From Anaeramoeba ignava BMAN (Eukaryota > Protista > Anaeramoebae), in assembly GCA_028826165.1 (NCBI GenBank), contig JAPDFW010000122.1:101248-165247 (forward strand): a stretch of DNA of 64,000 bases, written 5' to 3'. Position numbers and translations under genes: made by a program. Under the pieces are notes generated by a model, which was not told where the DNA came from, did not search any database, and was given only the letters and a program-made list of their open reading frames with translations. Below are positions 1 through 18,800 of the stretch, in pieces; within the stretch, counting starts at the first letter, position 1; every line of letters starts with the position of its first letter.

Positions 1-2115
1 TTTTAAATCAATTTTAAATTAATTTTAAATCAATTTTAAATCAATTTTATATCAATTTTATATCAATTTTATATCAATTTTATATCAATTTTAAATAAAT
101 TTTATATCAATTTTAAATCAATTTTATATCAATTTTATATCAATTTTATATCAATTTTAAATCAATTTTTAAATTAATTTTATATCAATTTTATATCAAT
201 TTTAAATCAATTTTATATCAATTTTATATCAATTTTATATCAATTTTATATCAAATTTTATATCAATTTTATATCAATTTTATATCAATTTTAAATCAAT
301 TTTTTATATCAATTTTAAATCAATTTTAAATTAATTTTTATATCAATTTTATATCAATTTTAAATTAATTTTAAATCAATTTTATATCAATTTTAAATCA
401 ATTTTATATCAATTTTAAATCAATTTTATATTAATTTTATATCAATTTTAAATCAAATTTAAATCAATTTTAAATTAATTTTAAATCAATTTTAAATTAA
501 TTTTATATCAATTTTAAATTAATTTTATATCAATTTTAAATTAATTTTATATCAATTTTAAATCAATTTTATATCAATTTTTAAATCAATTTTATATTAA
601 TTTTAAATCAATTTTATATTAATTTTAAATCAATTTTAAATCAATTTTATATTAATTTTAAATCAATTTTTTATATTAATTTTAAATCAATTTTAAATCA
701 ATTTTATATTAATTTTAAATCAATTTTATATTAATTTTATATCAATTTTATATCAATTTTATATCAATTTTAAATCAATTTTAAATCAATTTTAAATTAA
801 TTTTTAAATCAATTTTAAATTAATTTTAAATCAATTTTATATCAATTTTAAATCAATTTTAAATCAATTTTATATTAATTTTATATCAATTTTATATCAA
901 TTTTAAATTAATTTTAAATCAATTTTAAATTAATTTTAAATCAATTTTAAATCAATTTTATATCAATTTTATATTAATTTTTATATCAATTTTATATTAA
1001 TTTTAAATTAATTTTAAATCAATTTTAAATCAATTTTATATTAATTTTATATTAATTTTTTATATCAATTTTAAATCAATTTTAAATCAATTTTTTATTT
1101 TAAATCAATTTTATATCAATTTTTATATCAATTTTATATCAATTTTATATCAATTTTAAATCAATTTTATATCAATTTTTATATCAATTTTAAATCAATT
1201 TTAAATCAATTTTATAAATCAATTTTAAATCAATTTTAAATCAATTTTAAATCAATTTTAAATCAATTTTATATTAATTTTATATCAATTTTATATCAAT
1301 TTTATATCAATTTTATATCAATTTTATATCAATTTTATATCAATTTTAAATTAATTTTAAATCAATTTTATATTAATTTTAAATCAATTTTATATTAATT
1401 TTAAATCAATTTTATATCAATTTTATATCAATTTTATATTAATTTTAAATCAATTTTAAATCAATTTTAAATCAATTTTATATCAATTTTAAATCAATTT
1501 TTATATCAATTTTAAATCAATTTTATATCAATTTTATATTAATTTTAAATCAATTTTATATCAATTTTAAATCAATTTTATATCAATTTTATATTAATTT
1601 TAAATCAATTTTATATCAATTTTAAATCAATTTTATATCAATTTTAAATCAATTTTAAATCAATTTTATATCAATTTTAAATTAATTTTAAATCAATTTT
1701 AAATCAATTTTATATCAATTTTAAATTAATTTTAAATCAATTTTATATTAATTTTAAATCAAAACTAAAATAATTTTAAATCAATTTTAAATCAATTTTA
1801 AATCAATTTTAAATCAATTTTATATCAATTTTATATCAATTTTATATCAATTTTATATCAATTTTAAATCAATTTTAAATCAATTTTAAATCAATTTTAT
1901 ATCAATTTTAAATCAATTTTATATCAATTTTATATCAATTTTAAATCAATTTTAAATCAATTTTAAATCAATTTTATATCAATTTTAAATCAATTTTAAA
2001 TTAATTTTAAATTAATTTTAAATCAATTTTAAATCAATTTTAAATCAATTTTATATCAATTTTAAATCAATTTTAAATCAATTTTATATCAATTTTATAT
2101 CAATTTTATATCAAA
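1..2115. repeat. 11-bp tandem satellite (TCAATTTTAWA)n
   Basis: Directly visible tandem units tcaattttaaa/tcaattttata over about 2.1 kb. Confidence 0.95.
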
Positions 2116-2276
2116 ATCTAAATAATTTAATTAAAAAAAATGAGTCAAAATTAAATAAAATTCATAATAAAATTAAATTTTTTTTTAATTTTTTTTTTTC
2201 ATTTTTTTATTTCATTTTTCTTTTTTAATTTTTTAATTTTTAATTTGTGGTTTTTTTTTTATATTTTTTTTGGAAA

Positions 2277-4353
2277 ATGTTTGAAGATAATCCGTTAAAG
2301 ATTGTTCTTGTTGGAGGAGGTTCAGGTTTGTTAATTTAAAAACTTAAAAAAATTTAAAAAAATTTAAATTAAAAAAATTTTTTTTTTTTTCGAATTTTGT
2401 TTTCTCATAAATTATTGCTTTTTTTTTTTCTTTCTTTCTTTTATTATTTTAAATATAATCAGTTGGAAAATCTTGTTTAGCAACTCAATTCCTTCAAGGA
2501 AAATTTATTGAAGATTATGATCCTACAATCGGTAATTAATATTTTACTTACTTTCTTTTTTTCTTACAAAAAAAAAAAAACAAATTGAAAATTTCAAAAA
2601 AAAAACCCTAAAAAAAAAAGCAAAAAAAAAATTTAAATTTACAAACTTTTTGAATTATATTTATAATTTTATTTATAATTAAATTTATAATTAAATCCTT
2701 TTTTTTTTAATTTGTCTTAATTATCAAAAAAAGAAAAAAAAGAAAAAAAAGAAAAAAATTTTTTTTTAATTTCAATCAATTAAATTAAATTAAATATTTA
2801 TTTAAATAATTAATTAATTAATTATTTATTTATTTAGTTGCAAGCCATCAAAAAGTTATGGAAATTGAATCTGAACAAATACATGTTGAAATTATTGATA
2901 CAGCAGGTCAAGAAGAATACAGATCAGCAAGAGATAAAGTAAACTAATCCAACTTTATTTATCCTTTTTTTTTCTAAATTAAAAATTCAAAATGAAAAAC
3001 AATTTTTAAAGCAAAATTTTTAAAGCAGTTTTCAAAGAACAAATCAAAACAATTTAAAACAATTTAAAATGAAATTTAAAATGAAATTATAATTAAATTT
3101 ATCAACAAATTAATAATTAAATTTATCAATAAATTAATAAATAAATTTATCAACAAATTAATAATTAAATTTATCAACAAATTAATAAATAAATTAATAA
3201 ATAAATTAATAAATAAATTAATAAATAAATTTATCAACAAATTAAATAAATTAATAAATAAATTTATAATTAAATTTATCAACAAATTAATAAATAAATT
3301 TATCAACAAATTAATAAATAAATTTATCAACAAATTAATAAATAAATTTATCAATAAATTTATCAATAAATTAATAAATAAATTAATAAATAAATTAATA
3401 ATTAAATTAATAAATAAATTAATAATTAAATTAATAATTAAATTAATAATTAAATTAATAAATAAATTAATAATTAAATTAATAATTAAATTAATAATTA
3501 AATTAATAATTAAATTTAAAATTAAAATTAATAAATTCAAAACAAAATTTATAATGAAATTTAAAATGAAATTTAAAATGAAATTTATAATTATATTTAA
3601 AATGAAATTTATAATTAAATTTATAATGAAATTTAAAATGAAATTTATAATGAAATTTATATCAAAATTTAAAATGAAATTTAAAATGAAATTTATAATT
3701 ATATTTATAATGAAATTTATATTTATATTTATATTTAAATTTATATTTTTTAGTATATAAAATTAGGAGAAGGATTTATTTTAGTTTTTAGTATTATTGC
3801 TCGTCAAAGTTTTGTTGAAGCACAACTTCTTCATGAATCAATTCGTCGAGCTAATAATTTTAATAAAGCACCAGTTATAACTGTTGCCAATAAAATGGGT
3901 TATTTTTTTAATTAATATTCTTTTAAATGAAATTTATTTATTTATTTAATTTTATTTAAAATAGATTTAGAAAATGAAAGAATTGTTTCAAAAGAAGAAG
4001 GAGAAGAATTAGCAAATAAATATTCCAGTCAATATTATGAAACGTAAATAATTTTAATAATTTAATTTAAAAAAAAAATTTTTTAATTTAAAAATAAATA
4101 AATTTTAAAAATTGGATAAAAAATTTTAGATCAGCAAAAACTGGAAAAAACGTCGATTTATGTTTTGAAACTATTACAAAATTATTGAAAGAAGCAAGAT
4201 TAAATAAAGCACAACAACCAGTTACAACTCAATCTTCAAATTCTAAATCATGCTGTTTAATTTTATGGTAAAAAACAAAAACAAAAATAATTTTTAATTT
4301 TTTAATTTTTTAATTTTTTAATTTTTTAATTTTTAATTTTTTAATTTTTTAGA
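2277..4353 (+). CDS. Ras-family small GTPase, 7 exons (2277-2325, 2463-2531, 2838-2938, 3754-3898, 3965-4043, 4130-4267, 4353)
   Basis: Manual GT-AG splicing with consistent phases gives KIVLVGGGSVGKS, YDPTI, DTAGQEEY, NKMD, ETSAK and C-terminal SCCLIL. Absent from the ORF track because the exons are short. Confidence 0.9.
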
Positions 4354-4605
4354 GGAAAAAAAATCATTTTCTTTTAAGTTCTTTTTGATTCCAAAAATTT
4401 AATTTTTCCATCAAAAAAATTTTTTTACTTTTTTTTTTTTGCTTTTTCATTCAATTTTCTTTTGTGTCATTTAATCAAAAAGATTTGAAAACGAATAAAA
4501 ACAAAAAACAAAAAACAAAAAACAAAATTTAATTTAAAATTCCAAATTTTTTTTTTCATTTTTTTATTCTTTTTAATTTAAAATTTAATTTAAAATTTAA
4601 TTTAA

Positions 4606-6207
4606 ATGACAAACAAAAATCCTTTTGAAAATCATTTTGAAAATTTAAATGAAAATTTAATTGAAAATCAAATTGAAAATCAAATTGAAAATCAAAATGA
4701 AAATTTAAATGAAAATTTAAATGAAAACGAAAAAGAAAAAACAATAGATGAAGAAAAGAGAATAACGGAAAATAAGGAAAAAGAAAAACCAGAAGAAGAA
4801 GATATACAATATACATTTTCAAAGAGAAAATTAACGCTAGTTGGGAATGATTTAGAAACAATACCCGAAGATTTAATCAAAAAATTTGGGGCAAAAACAA
4901 AAGAACTTGAAATGAGTCATAATGCAGTAGTGTCAATGGAGCAATTTAGTTTATTCCCTTCTCTTAAAACTTTAATTCTTGATAATAATTGTGTTACTTC
5001 AAAAAGTCCAATTCCAAGAATGAAAAAACTTGAAACTCTTTGGGTTAATAAAAATCAAATTGAGGATTTGGAAGAGTTCGTTAATTCCTTGAAAAAATTA
5101 CCTCGTTTAAATTATTTATCAATGCTTGGTAATCCTGCTTGCCCTAGTGTTTTCTCAGGAAAAGATCCAGGAGAATATACAAAATATAGGTTGGAATTTT
5201 ATAATTAAATTTATAATTAAATTTATAATTAAATTTATAATTAAATTTATAATTAAATTTATAATTATATTTAAAATGAAATTTATAATTAAATTTATAA
5301 TTATATTTATAATTAAATTTATAATTATATTTATAATTAAATTTATAATTAAATTTATAATTAAATTTATAATTAAATTTATAATTAAATTTATAATTAA
5401 ATTTAAAATTAAATTTATAATTAAATTTATAATTATATTTATAATTAAATTTATAATTAATTAAATTAAATTTAAATTAAATTTATATTTATAATTAAAT
5501 TTATAATTAAATTTATAATTAAATTTATAATTAAATTTATAATTAAATTTATAATTAAATTTATAATTAAATTTATAATTAAATTTATAATTAAATTTAT
5601 AATTAAATTTATAATTAAATTTATAATTAAATTTAAAACAAATTTATAATGAAATTTAAAACGAAATTTATAATTAAATTTATAATTAAATTTAAAATGA
5701 AATTTATAATTAAATTTAAAATGAATTTTATAATTAAATTTAAAATGTGGATTTTTTTTTAATTTTGAATTTCCTTTTTAGAAAATTTGTTTTATCACAA
5801 TTACGGGGATTAACTTATCTAGATTCTACTCCTGTTACTCATCAAGAAAAAAGATCAGCTTTTCGTTATTATAAAGAATTAAAAAAAGCAAAAGTAAATC
5901 AAATTAAAAAATTTCAAATTAAAAAATTTCAAATTAAAAAATTTCAAATTAAAAAATCAAATTAAAAAAAAAATCTAAAATAATAAATTATTATTTATAG
6001 CAAGAATCAGGTCAATTAGATGATGATTCTGAAAATGAAAGAAGTGATGAAAATCAATCAGATGAAAGTGATGAAGAAATTGAAAAATTTTTGAATCGAT
6101 CATCAAAAAAAAATCGGTAAAAAAAAAATATCAAAAATTTTTAATCAAAAAAATTTATTAATCTTTAAATTTTTAAATTTAGATTTTTGAGACAATATAA
6201 TTTATAA
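4606..6207 (+). CDS. LRMDA/C10orf11-like leucine-rich repeat protein, 4 exons
   Basis: LRRs, LSMLGNPACP..YRKFVLSQLRGLTYLDSTPV LRR cap and terminal NRFLRQYNL, resembling LRMDA. Exons about 4606-5189, 5782-5892, 6001-6116, 6183-6207. Confidence 0.75.
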
Positions 6208-6600
6208 CTTGATTTTTTGAAATTTTTCTTTCAATCCTTTTTTTTTTGAAAAAAAAAAGAAAGATCAAAATCAAAATTAAAATCAAAATCAAAATTAAAA
6301 TTAAAATTAAAATTAAAATCAAAATCAAAATTAAAATCAAAATCAAAATTAAAATTATAATCAAAATCAAAATCAAAATTAAAATCAAAATTAAAATCAA
6401 AATCAAAATTAAAATCAAATTCAAAATCAAAATTAAAATTAAAATTAAAATTAAAATCAAAATTAAAATCAAAATCAAATTCAAATTCAAAATCAAAATC
6501 AAAATCAAAATCAAAATCAAAATCAAAATTAAAATTATAATCAAAATTAAATCAAAATTCAAAATTAAAATCAAAATTAAAAAAATTTAATAAAAAAAAA

Positions 6601-6640
6601 TTTTTTTCATTTTTTTCATTTTTTTCATTTTTTCTTTTTA
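6601..6640 (+). promoter_or_regulatory. Tandem TTTCATTTT initiator-like motif (representative copy)
   Basis: The same oriented motif precedes the ATG of most genes in the window on either strand. Confidence 0.6.
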
Positions 6641-6649
6641 AAAATAAAA

Positions 6650-8361
6650 ATGGAAAACTTTTATGAATTTGAACAAAACAATGAACTTATAACAGTTATA
6701 ATCAAAGTACCTAAAGGAACAAAAAAGGAAGATATTCTATTTAAACGTACGAAAAAAAGTTTAAGCGCGGGAGTGAAGAATGTTGATCCAATAATCGAAG
6801 GATTGTTGTTCGATGAGATTGATCCTGATGGATCTATTTGGTCTTTTGACAAGCAACAAACACTTTCAATATATCTTGAAAAAAGAAACCCGCGTGTTTG
6901 GCCACTCCTTATAGTACGGCCAGATAATGGGAAAATAGATAGTCATTCAGAGTAGGATTTATTGATGATATTTTTTTAATCCAGAAAAAAATCCATTTTT
7001 CCGTTATTTTTTAAAATGAAAGTCGAAATATTTTAATTACATTATTGTTTATTTAAATAAGACATTTTTCTGTTATAATTGTATTTAGCAATTGTTTTAA
7101 TATCAACACATGAAATTATTTTCCAAGTCAATTTTAATTGAAAGAGTGGTTTTATTATGGATTTTCAATAACAAAAAACACATTCAAAAACACATTTTTA
7201 TTTTCGTTCAAATTGAATTTCTAAATGGATTTAATATTTTTTATTCAAAAGGTTTTTGCTTTCAAATCTTTATGAGAATCAGAACCATTTCGTAGATGCT
7301 TTGAATCTATTAGAAAGCAGCGCAGAAAAAGGGAGTATTTTATCAATACTCAAATTGGCAACACTTTATGTTGAAAAAGAAACTCCGTATCCAATTCAAC
7401 AGGATGTCAATAAGTCTTTCGAATATTGGATCAAAGCAGCGAATTTAGGGAGTGTTGAGGCTCAGTTTTTTGTTGGTCATTGCTATCATTCTGGTGAATT
7501 ATGCGATCCAAATCTTGAAAAAGCAACTGAATATTATAAACGTGCTTTAGAAAATGGCGAGTTCAATTCTGCTTATTATCTAGGTTGCATTTATTATGAA
7601 GGAGGTAAATATTTCAATTCAATTTATCTTTTTGGTTCTTTTTTTAATTTGTATTTAAATTGAAATTGGATTTACCGTTTTGATTTTAATTGAATAATTA
7701 AGTATGAAAATTTATTCTTTAAAACAATCAAAAATTTTTTTTTTGCAATTTAAAAATAAAAGGAGAAAAAATTGAACAAAATGATGAACTTGCTGTTAAA
7801 TATTGGGATCTTGCTTATAAAAATGGAAATAATCCAGAAGCACTTTATAATCTTGGTTTAATGAATTTATCAGGAAGAGGAATAGAAAAAAATGTAGAAT
7901 TAGGAAAGGAATATTTAGAAAAAGCAACAAAAATGAGTCCAGATTTAACAATTACAGAAGAAGTTATGAAAATAATTGCAAATGAAGAAAATGAAAATTC
8001 AAATGAAAATTCAAATGAAAATCCAAATGAAAATGAAAAAGAAAATTTAAATGAAAATTTAAATGAAAATGAAAAAGAAATTGACAAAGAAAAATTAAAA
8101 GAAATGCTTGAAAAAGAAATTCAAATTGACAAACAAAATGAAAATGAAAATGAAAATGAAAATGAAAATGAAAAAGAAAAAGAAAATGAAAAAGAAAATG
8201 AAACTACTTTTTCAAAAATTACTTCAAAAATTAAAACTATTTCTAAAAGTAAGAAAACTTGGGTTATTGGTGCTCTTATTTTAGGAACTGCTGCTTTAAC
8301 TTATTATTTCAAAAACAAAAAACCAAATGATAAAGAAGAATCAAAATCTGATTTAGATTAA
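6650..8361 (+). CDS. CS (p23/NudC) domain + Sel1/TPR-like repeats + C-terminal transmembrane tail anchor, 3 exons
   Basis: CS motif YEFEQNNELITVII..IIEGLLFDEIDPDGSIWS..LSIYLEK. Sel1 repeats (AANLGSVEAQFFVGHCY, ALYNLGLMNLSGRG). TM segment TWVIGALILGTAALTYYF followed by KNKK. Confidence 0.8.
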
Positions 8362-8391
8362 TTTTAAAAAAAAAATAATAATACAAAAATT

Positions 8392-8423
<32 letters not shown>

Positions 8424-8841
8424 TTTCTCTTTTAAAAACAAATTTAAATTTAAAATAAAATTTAAAAATTAAAATTAAAGAAAAAGTTGTTTAATTTTGG
8501 TTCTTTTGCTTGTTAAAAAAAAAATTATTATTCTTTTAAAAAAAAAAAAAGAATAAAAAAAGACAAAAGAAAAAAATCGGAAAAAAATCGGAAAAAAAAA
8601 AGTAAAAAGAAAAAAAAGTGTTTCAAAAAAAAAAAATTTGAGAAAATTAGAGCAACTAAAAAGCTATCGTTTTCCAATTAATTTTACTTTTAAAATTTTA
8701 AAAAAAATTTAACTTACTTTTAAAAATTTTTCATTTAATCTAGTTTTTTTTTTGTTGCTTTTTAAATTAACTAATTAAATTAAATCAAATTAAATTAAAT
8801 TAAATTAAATTAAATCAAATTTAATCTAATTTAATTTAAAA

Positions 8842-13462
<4,621 letters not shown>

Positions 13463-13948
13463 TTCTTTTTTTTTAAAGGAAAATGAAAAAAATGAAAAAA
13501 TGAAAAAAAAATATTAAAAAAAATTTTTACATAAACATCATAATCAAAAAACATTTACATAAAAAAATACATTTATATAAAACATTATTATTATAAAAAA
13601 TAAATTAATAATTTAAATTAAAAAAAAATTTTTTTTTTTTCTTTTTTTTATTTTTTTTTTTTATTTGATTTATTTACAACTCATCATTTGATCTTTTTCT
13701 TTTTTTATTTTATTTTTTAATTAAAAAAAAAAAACAAAAAAACAAAAAATTTTTTTTCTTTTTAGTTTTATTTATTTCCTATTTATTTTTTTAAATAGAT
13801 TTATTTAAAATTGATTTAAATTATTATTAAATTTAATTTTTCTTATTTTTATTTATTTTTTGATCAATAAAATTAAAAAAAAAATTTTTTTTTCTTTTTG
13901 TTTTTCTCCTTTTTAATTTTATTCTTATTTTTGTTTTTGTTTTTGTTT

Positions 13949-15643
13949 TTAATTTTGTTTTTGTTTTTGTTCTAAAAAAATTTTATTTACTTTTGTTTCT
14001 AAATTTGGTTCATTTTCATTTAATTGAAAATAATCCATTGCTTTTGATAAATCTTCAATTACATTTTCATTAATAAATTGATAATATTTTTCTTCAATTT
14101 CATCTAAATATAAATAATCAATTAAAATTTTTAAAGAGATCAAAGATAAACCACTGTAATCACTAACTTGATTAGAATCATCATTAATAACCGATAAAAA
14201 CATTCCTCTAAATAATTCGCTTCTTGCCCACAAAACCAATTTATGAACTTTAATGTTTTCAGAATCAGATTTAATAATAAAATCTTTGCTTTCTTCATCA
14301 TTTCTCATTTTTAAAAAATTCTCTTTTAGGGAAAATTTGACATCAAAAAGAAAATCTGTCATTTCTAATTTTCGTAGTTTTTCTTGAAGATCTTCATTCA
14401 AATATATTTTTGCATATAAATATTTAAGAACATTCATTGCTTCTTGAGTATTTAATTGGTTCAGAACTTGTTTTAAATTAGAAATGTTGTTTTCGCCAAT
14501 AACATGTTTTAATAATAAATAATGACAACCGATTTTACCGTCGATTGTGTTAATTTGAATATCACAAGCCTCTTGATTATCCAAAAAATTCAACAAATCC
14601 AAATCAAGTGAAGAAGAGGAAGAAAAATACAGGAAAGAATTAAAAGCACCTGCAGAAACACGGCAGTATTGGAGCTCATGAACAAGCTCAGGGATATGTA
14701 TTTGTATCGGTTTTGTAGCTGAATCATAATTATTGCTTCCTAATTGTCCACTTGAATTAATTCCAAAAACGAATAACTTATTGGATCGTGTCAATACAAG
14801 TGTATGAAAACAACCACTATCAACATCAATAATATCTTCATCTTGCAGAGAATCAATGTGAGCAAAAAACTTTTGGTGGGTGTCCAAGCCTAATCCATTA
14901 AAAGCATAATCACCACAACCGTAAATTTGAGATTTTCCATTGTTTTTAACAAGCATAATTGATTGTTCAAATCCTGTTATAATTTTAATAATCTCTCCCT
15001 TTGGAATATTTTCCACAGGATGATTGAAAACTTCATCTTTAATATCACCAATTCCAAGAGAAAACGTTCGGTTAAAACCAGAAACAAATAGTTTATTATT
15101 ATTCATCAACATCCACAAACAATAGGCATAATTCCCAGCAAAAATATTTTTCACGTCAGATTTGATAAGAACTGGAGAATTACAAACAGAAGGTTTATCC
15201 AATCCAAATTGATGTTGAGAATTTCTTCCATAACCATAAACATTTCCATTCTCGCTAAGCATATAAGTTTGATAAACTCCACAAACAACTTTGATTATTT
15301 TTTCTTTTTGAATTTTTGGATCAAATATTTTTTTCACTTTTTCGTTGCTTTCTTCATCTTGTAAATTTCCATTCGAATAAACTTCCCCGTTCTCAGTAAG
15401 TAATAAATATCCGTTGTAACTTACTGATGCCATTATGATTTTACAATCAATTTGGATTTCTTCTTCTTTTTGGTTTTTAATTTGTAGTGCTTTTCCGTTT
15501 TTTTGGATTATAATTATATTATTATTTCCACTTGATAAACTTTGAACTCCAAATTCATGTGAATAAAAAACTTTTTTTGGTGTTAAAGCACCATTACTTG
15601 AAAAACCTTGAGGAGAACCCCAAAACCAAACTTCATCTTGCAT
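13949..15643 (-). CDS. RCC1/BLIP-II repeat + BTB domain protein (intronless)
   Basis: RCC1 repeats (YGYGRNSQHQFG, DSGCFHTLVL, FGINSSGQLG) and BTB (DFIIK..IKVHKLVLWARSELFRGMF). Confidence 0.9.
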   Translation of the reverse strand: MQDEVWFWGSPQGFSSNGALTPKKVFYSHEFGVQSLSSGNNNIIIIQKNGKALQIKNQKEEEIQIDCKIIMASVSYNGYLLLTENGEVYSNGNLQDEESNEKVKKIFDPKIQKEKIIKVVCGVYQTYMLSENGNVYGYGRNSQHQFGLDKPSVCNSPVLIKSDVKNIFAGNYAYCLWMLMNNNKLFVSGFNRTFSLGIGDIKDEVFNHPVENIPKGEIIKIITGFEQSIMLVKNNGKSQIYGCGDYAFNGLGLDTHQKFFAHIDSLQDEDIIDVDSGCFHTLVLTRSNKLFVFGINSSGQLGSNNYDSATKPIQIHIPELVHELQYCRVSAGAFNSFLYFSSSSSLDLDLLNFLDNQEACDIQINTIDGKIGCHYLLLKHVIGENNISNLKQVLNQLNTQEAMNVLKYLYAKIYLNEDLQEKLRKLEMTDFLFDVKFSLKENFLKMRNDEESKDFIIKSDSENIKVHKLVLWARSELFRGMFLSVINDDSNQVSDYSGLSLISLKILIDYLYLDEIEEKYYQFINENVIEDLSKAMDYFQLNENEPNLETKVNKIFLEQKQKQN

Positions 15644-15846
15644 TTTTATATTTTTTTTTTATAAATTAGGGAAAAAAATGAAAAAAATGAAAAAAATGAA
15701 AAAAGGAAAAAAATTTAAAAAAAAAAAAGGAAAAAGATTTTCATCAAATTTTTGTTTTGAAATGTTCTTGTTTTTCTTAAATTATAAAAATTTTTTTTTT
15801 CATTTTTTTCATTTTTTTCATTTTTTTCTTCTTTTTTTTTTAAGTG

Positions 15847-18800
15847 ATGTCACAATCAGATTTTAATCCACACACAGCTCTTGGTTCACATCGATGGCAA
15901 GCTTTCCTTTTATCTTTATTATTCTTATTTTTTGGTTTAATTTCTTTATCAATACTTTTTTATCAATTCATTACAAGGTATTTTTAAAAAGATTCCGAAT
16001 AAAAAGAAGAAAAAGAAAAAAAATTTTTTTTCTCTTTGATTTAATAAGATTATATTATAAATAAATTTATAAATAATTTTACAAATAATTTTACAAATAA
16101 TTTTACAAATAATTTTACAAATAATTTTATAAATAATTTTATAAATAATTTTATAAATAATTTTATAAATAATTTTATAAATAATTTTATAAATAATTTT
16201 ACAAATAATTTTATAAATAATTTTATAAATAATTTTATAAATAATTTTATAAATAATTTTATAAATAATTTTATAAATAATTTTATAAATAATTTTATAT
16301 AATTTTATAAATAATTTTATAAATAAATTTAATTTAATTTTAAATAATTTTATAAATAATTTTATAAATAATTTTATAAAATAATTTTATAAATAATTTT
16401 ATAAATAATTTTATAAATAATTTTTATAAATAATTTTATAAATAATTTTATAAATAATTTTATAAATAATTTTATAAATAATTTTATAAATAATTTTATA
16501 AATAATTTTACAAATAATTTTATAAATAATTTTATAAATAATTTTATAAATAATTTTATAAATAATTTTATAAATAATTTTATAAATAATTTTATAAATA
16601 ATTTTATAAATAATTTTATAAATAATTTTATAAATAATTTTATAAATAATTTTATAAATAATTTTTATATTTAATTTTATAATTAATTTTATAATTAATA
16701 TTTATTTAAAATAATAATTTTATAATTAATTATTTATAAATAATTTTATAAATAATTTTATAAATAATTTTATAAATAATTTTATAAATAATTTTATAAA
16801 TAATTTTATTAATAATTTTATAAATAATTTTATAAATAATTTTATAAATAATTTTATAAATAAATTTTATAAATAATTTTATAAATAATTTTATAAATAA
16901 TTTTATAAATAATTTTATAAATAATTTTATAAATATTTTATGTTAATTTTATAAATAATTTTATAAATAATTTTATAAATAATTTTATAAATAATTTTAT
17001 AAATAATTTTATAAATAATTTTATATTTAATTTAATAAATAATTTTATATTTAATTTTATAAAATAATTTTATATTTAATTTTACAAATAATTTTATAAA
17101 TAATTTTTAAAATAATTTTATAAAATAATTTTATAAATAATTTTATAAATAATTTTATAAATAATTTTATAAATAATTTTTATAAATAATTTTTATAATT
17201 AATTTTTATAAATAATTTTATAAAATAATTTGTATAAATAATTTTATAAATAATTTTATATTTAATTTAAGATTATATTATAAATAAATTTATAAATAAT
17301 TTTATAAATAATTTTATAAATAATTTTATAAATAATTTTATAAATAATTTTATAATTAATTTTATAATTAATTTTATAATTAATTTTATATATAATTTTA
17401 TAAATAATTTTATAAATAATTTTATTTTATAAATAATTTTATAAATAATTTTATAAATAATTTAATAAATAATTTTATAAATAATTTAATAAATAATTTA
17501 ATAATTTTATAATTAATTTTATAAATAATTTTTATAAATAATTTTATAAATAATTTTTATAAATAATTTTATAAATAATTTTATAAATAATTTTATAAAT
17601 AATTTTATATATATAATTTTATAAATAATTTTATAAATAATTTTATATTTAATTTTATAAATAATTTTATAAATAATTTTATAATTAATTTAATAAATAA
17701 TTTTATAAATAATTTTATAAATAAATAAATAATAATTTTATAAATAATTTTATAATTAATTTTATAAATAATTTTATAAATAATTTTATAAATAATTTTA
17801 TAATTAATTTTATAAATAATTTTTAAATAATTTTATAAATAATTTTATAAATAATTTTATAAATAATTTTATAAATAATTTTATATAAATAATTTTATAA
17901 ATAATTTTATAAATAATTTTATAAAATAATTTTATAAATAATTTTATAAATAATTTTTATAAATAATTTTATAAAAATAATTTTTTATAAATAATTTTAT
18001 AAAAATAATTTTATAAATAATTTTATAAATTTTTATAAATAATTTTATAAATAATTTTATAAATAATTTTATAAATAATTTTATATTTAATTTTATAAAT
18101 AATTTTATAAAATAATTTTATAAAATAATTTTATAAATAATTTTATAAATAATTTTATAAATAATTTTATAAATAATTTTATAAATAATTTTATAAATAA
18201 TTTTATAAAATAATTTTATAAATAATTTTATAAATAATTTTATAAATAATTTAATAATTTTATAAATAATTTTATAAATAATTTTATAAATAATTTATAT
18301 TTAATTTAATAAATAATTTTATAAATAATTTTATAATTAATTTTAATAAATAATTTTATAAATAATTTTATAAATAATTTTATAAAATAATTTTATAAAT
18401 AATTTTATAAATAATTTTATAAATAATTTTATAAATAATTTTATAAATAATTTAATAAATAATTTTATAAATAATTTAATAAATAATTTTATAAATAATT
18501 TTTATTTAATTTAATAAATAATTTTATAAATAATTTTTATATAATTTTATAATTAATTTTTAATTTAATAAATAATTTTATAATTTTATAAAATAATTTT
18601 ATAAATAATTTTATAAATAATTTTATAAATAATTTAATAAATAATTTTTGTAAATAATATTATAAATAATTTAATAAATAATTTTATAAATAATTTTATA
18701 AATAATTTTTATAAATAATTTTATAAATAATTTTTATAATTAATTTTATAAATAATTTTATAAATAATTTAATAAATAATTTTATAAATAATTTTATAAA

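Noticed and set aside
1-2115. Telomeric repeat at the window start
   Set aside because: No G-rich strand, and similar 11-12-bp satellites occur internally
3076-3760. Low-complexity ORFs (INL, KFI; likewise IK, FD, YK ORFs elsewhere)
   Set aside because: Stop-free readings of AT satellites or antisense frames of real genes
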